DNA of 64,000 nt from NCBI GenBank assembly GCA_965287045.1, contig OZ336872.1, positions 104,966,001-105,030,000 of the forward strand, given 5' to 3'. The position numbers and the translations under genes are program-made. The number at the start of each line of letters is the position of its first letter. The first letter of the stretch is position 1. This stretch comes from Carcharhinus amblyrhynchos (taxonomy: Eukaryota). This document shows, in pieces, positions 63,817-64,000 of the stretch. A model generated the notes under the pieces. That model made no database searches. It saw nothing but the letters and a program-made list of their open reading frames with translations, and was not told the DNA's origin.

Positions 63817-64000
63817 TCATAGAGGAATCCTTATAGTGCGGAACGAGACAATTCGGCCCATTGAGCCTGCACCAACAACAATCCCACCCAGGTCCTATCC
63901 CCGTAACCCCATGTATTTACCCTACTCTGCCTGACACTAAGAGGCAATTTAGCATGGCTATTCAATCTAACCTACACAGCTTTGGACTGTGGGAGGGAAC
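63817..64000 (-). mobile_element. V-SINE, tail type B (runs off the window end)
   Basis: Tail plus start of the V-domain TTTGGACTGTGGGAGG. Confidence 0.8.

Overview
Vertebrate genomic DNA, very likely from a shark or other cartilaginous fish, inferred from the repeat content (HE1/V-SINE-type SINEs, HER1-type CR1 tails, Deu-type SINEs). The window holds the first three coding exons of an EphB3 receptor tyrosine kinase gene on the + strand: exon 1 CDS 27853-27907, exon 2 56701-56765 and exon 3 60859-61531. These join in frame with canonical GT-AG sites, and the gene continues past the window. Exon 1 lies in a CpG-retaining domain of about 14 kb with no recognisable interspersed repeats; a strong CTCF-like motif marks its 5' edge. 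The rest is dense with decayed mobile elements: Gypsy LTR, Harbinger and its MITEs, CR1, L2-like, Penelope-like and SINEs. Main observations: (1) a retroposed chimera of a full tRNA-Arg(ACG)-derived sequence, its T4 trailer and a V-SINE, flanked by one target-site duplication; (2) a cluster of near-perfect intronic hairpins, one with a 34-bp stem; (3) near-identical inverted CR1 copies bracketing the 738-nt exon 2-3 cassette, which would circularise into a stop-free ORF; (4) V-SINEs with two alternative 3' tails; (5) an inverted pair of decayed hammerhead-like cores. All family assignments come from motif recognition by eye, with no database searches, and repeat boundaries are approximate.
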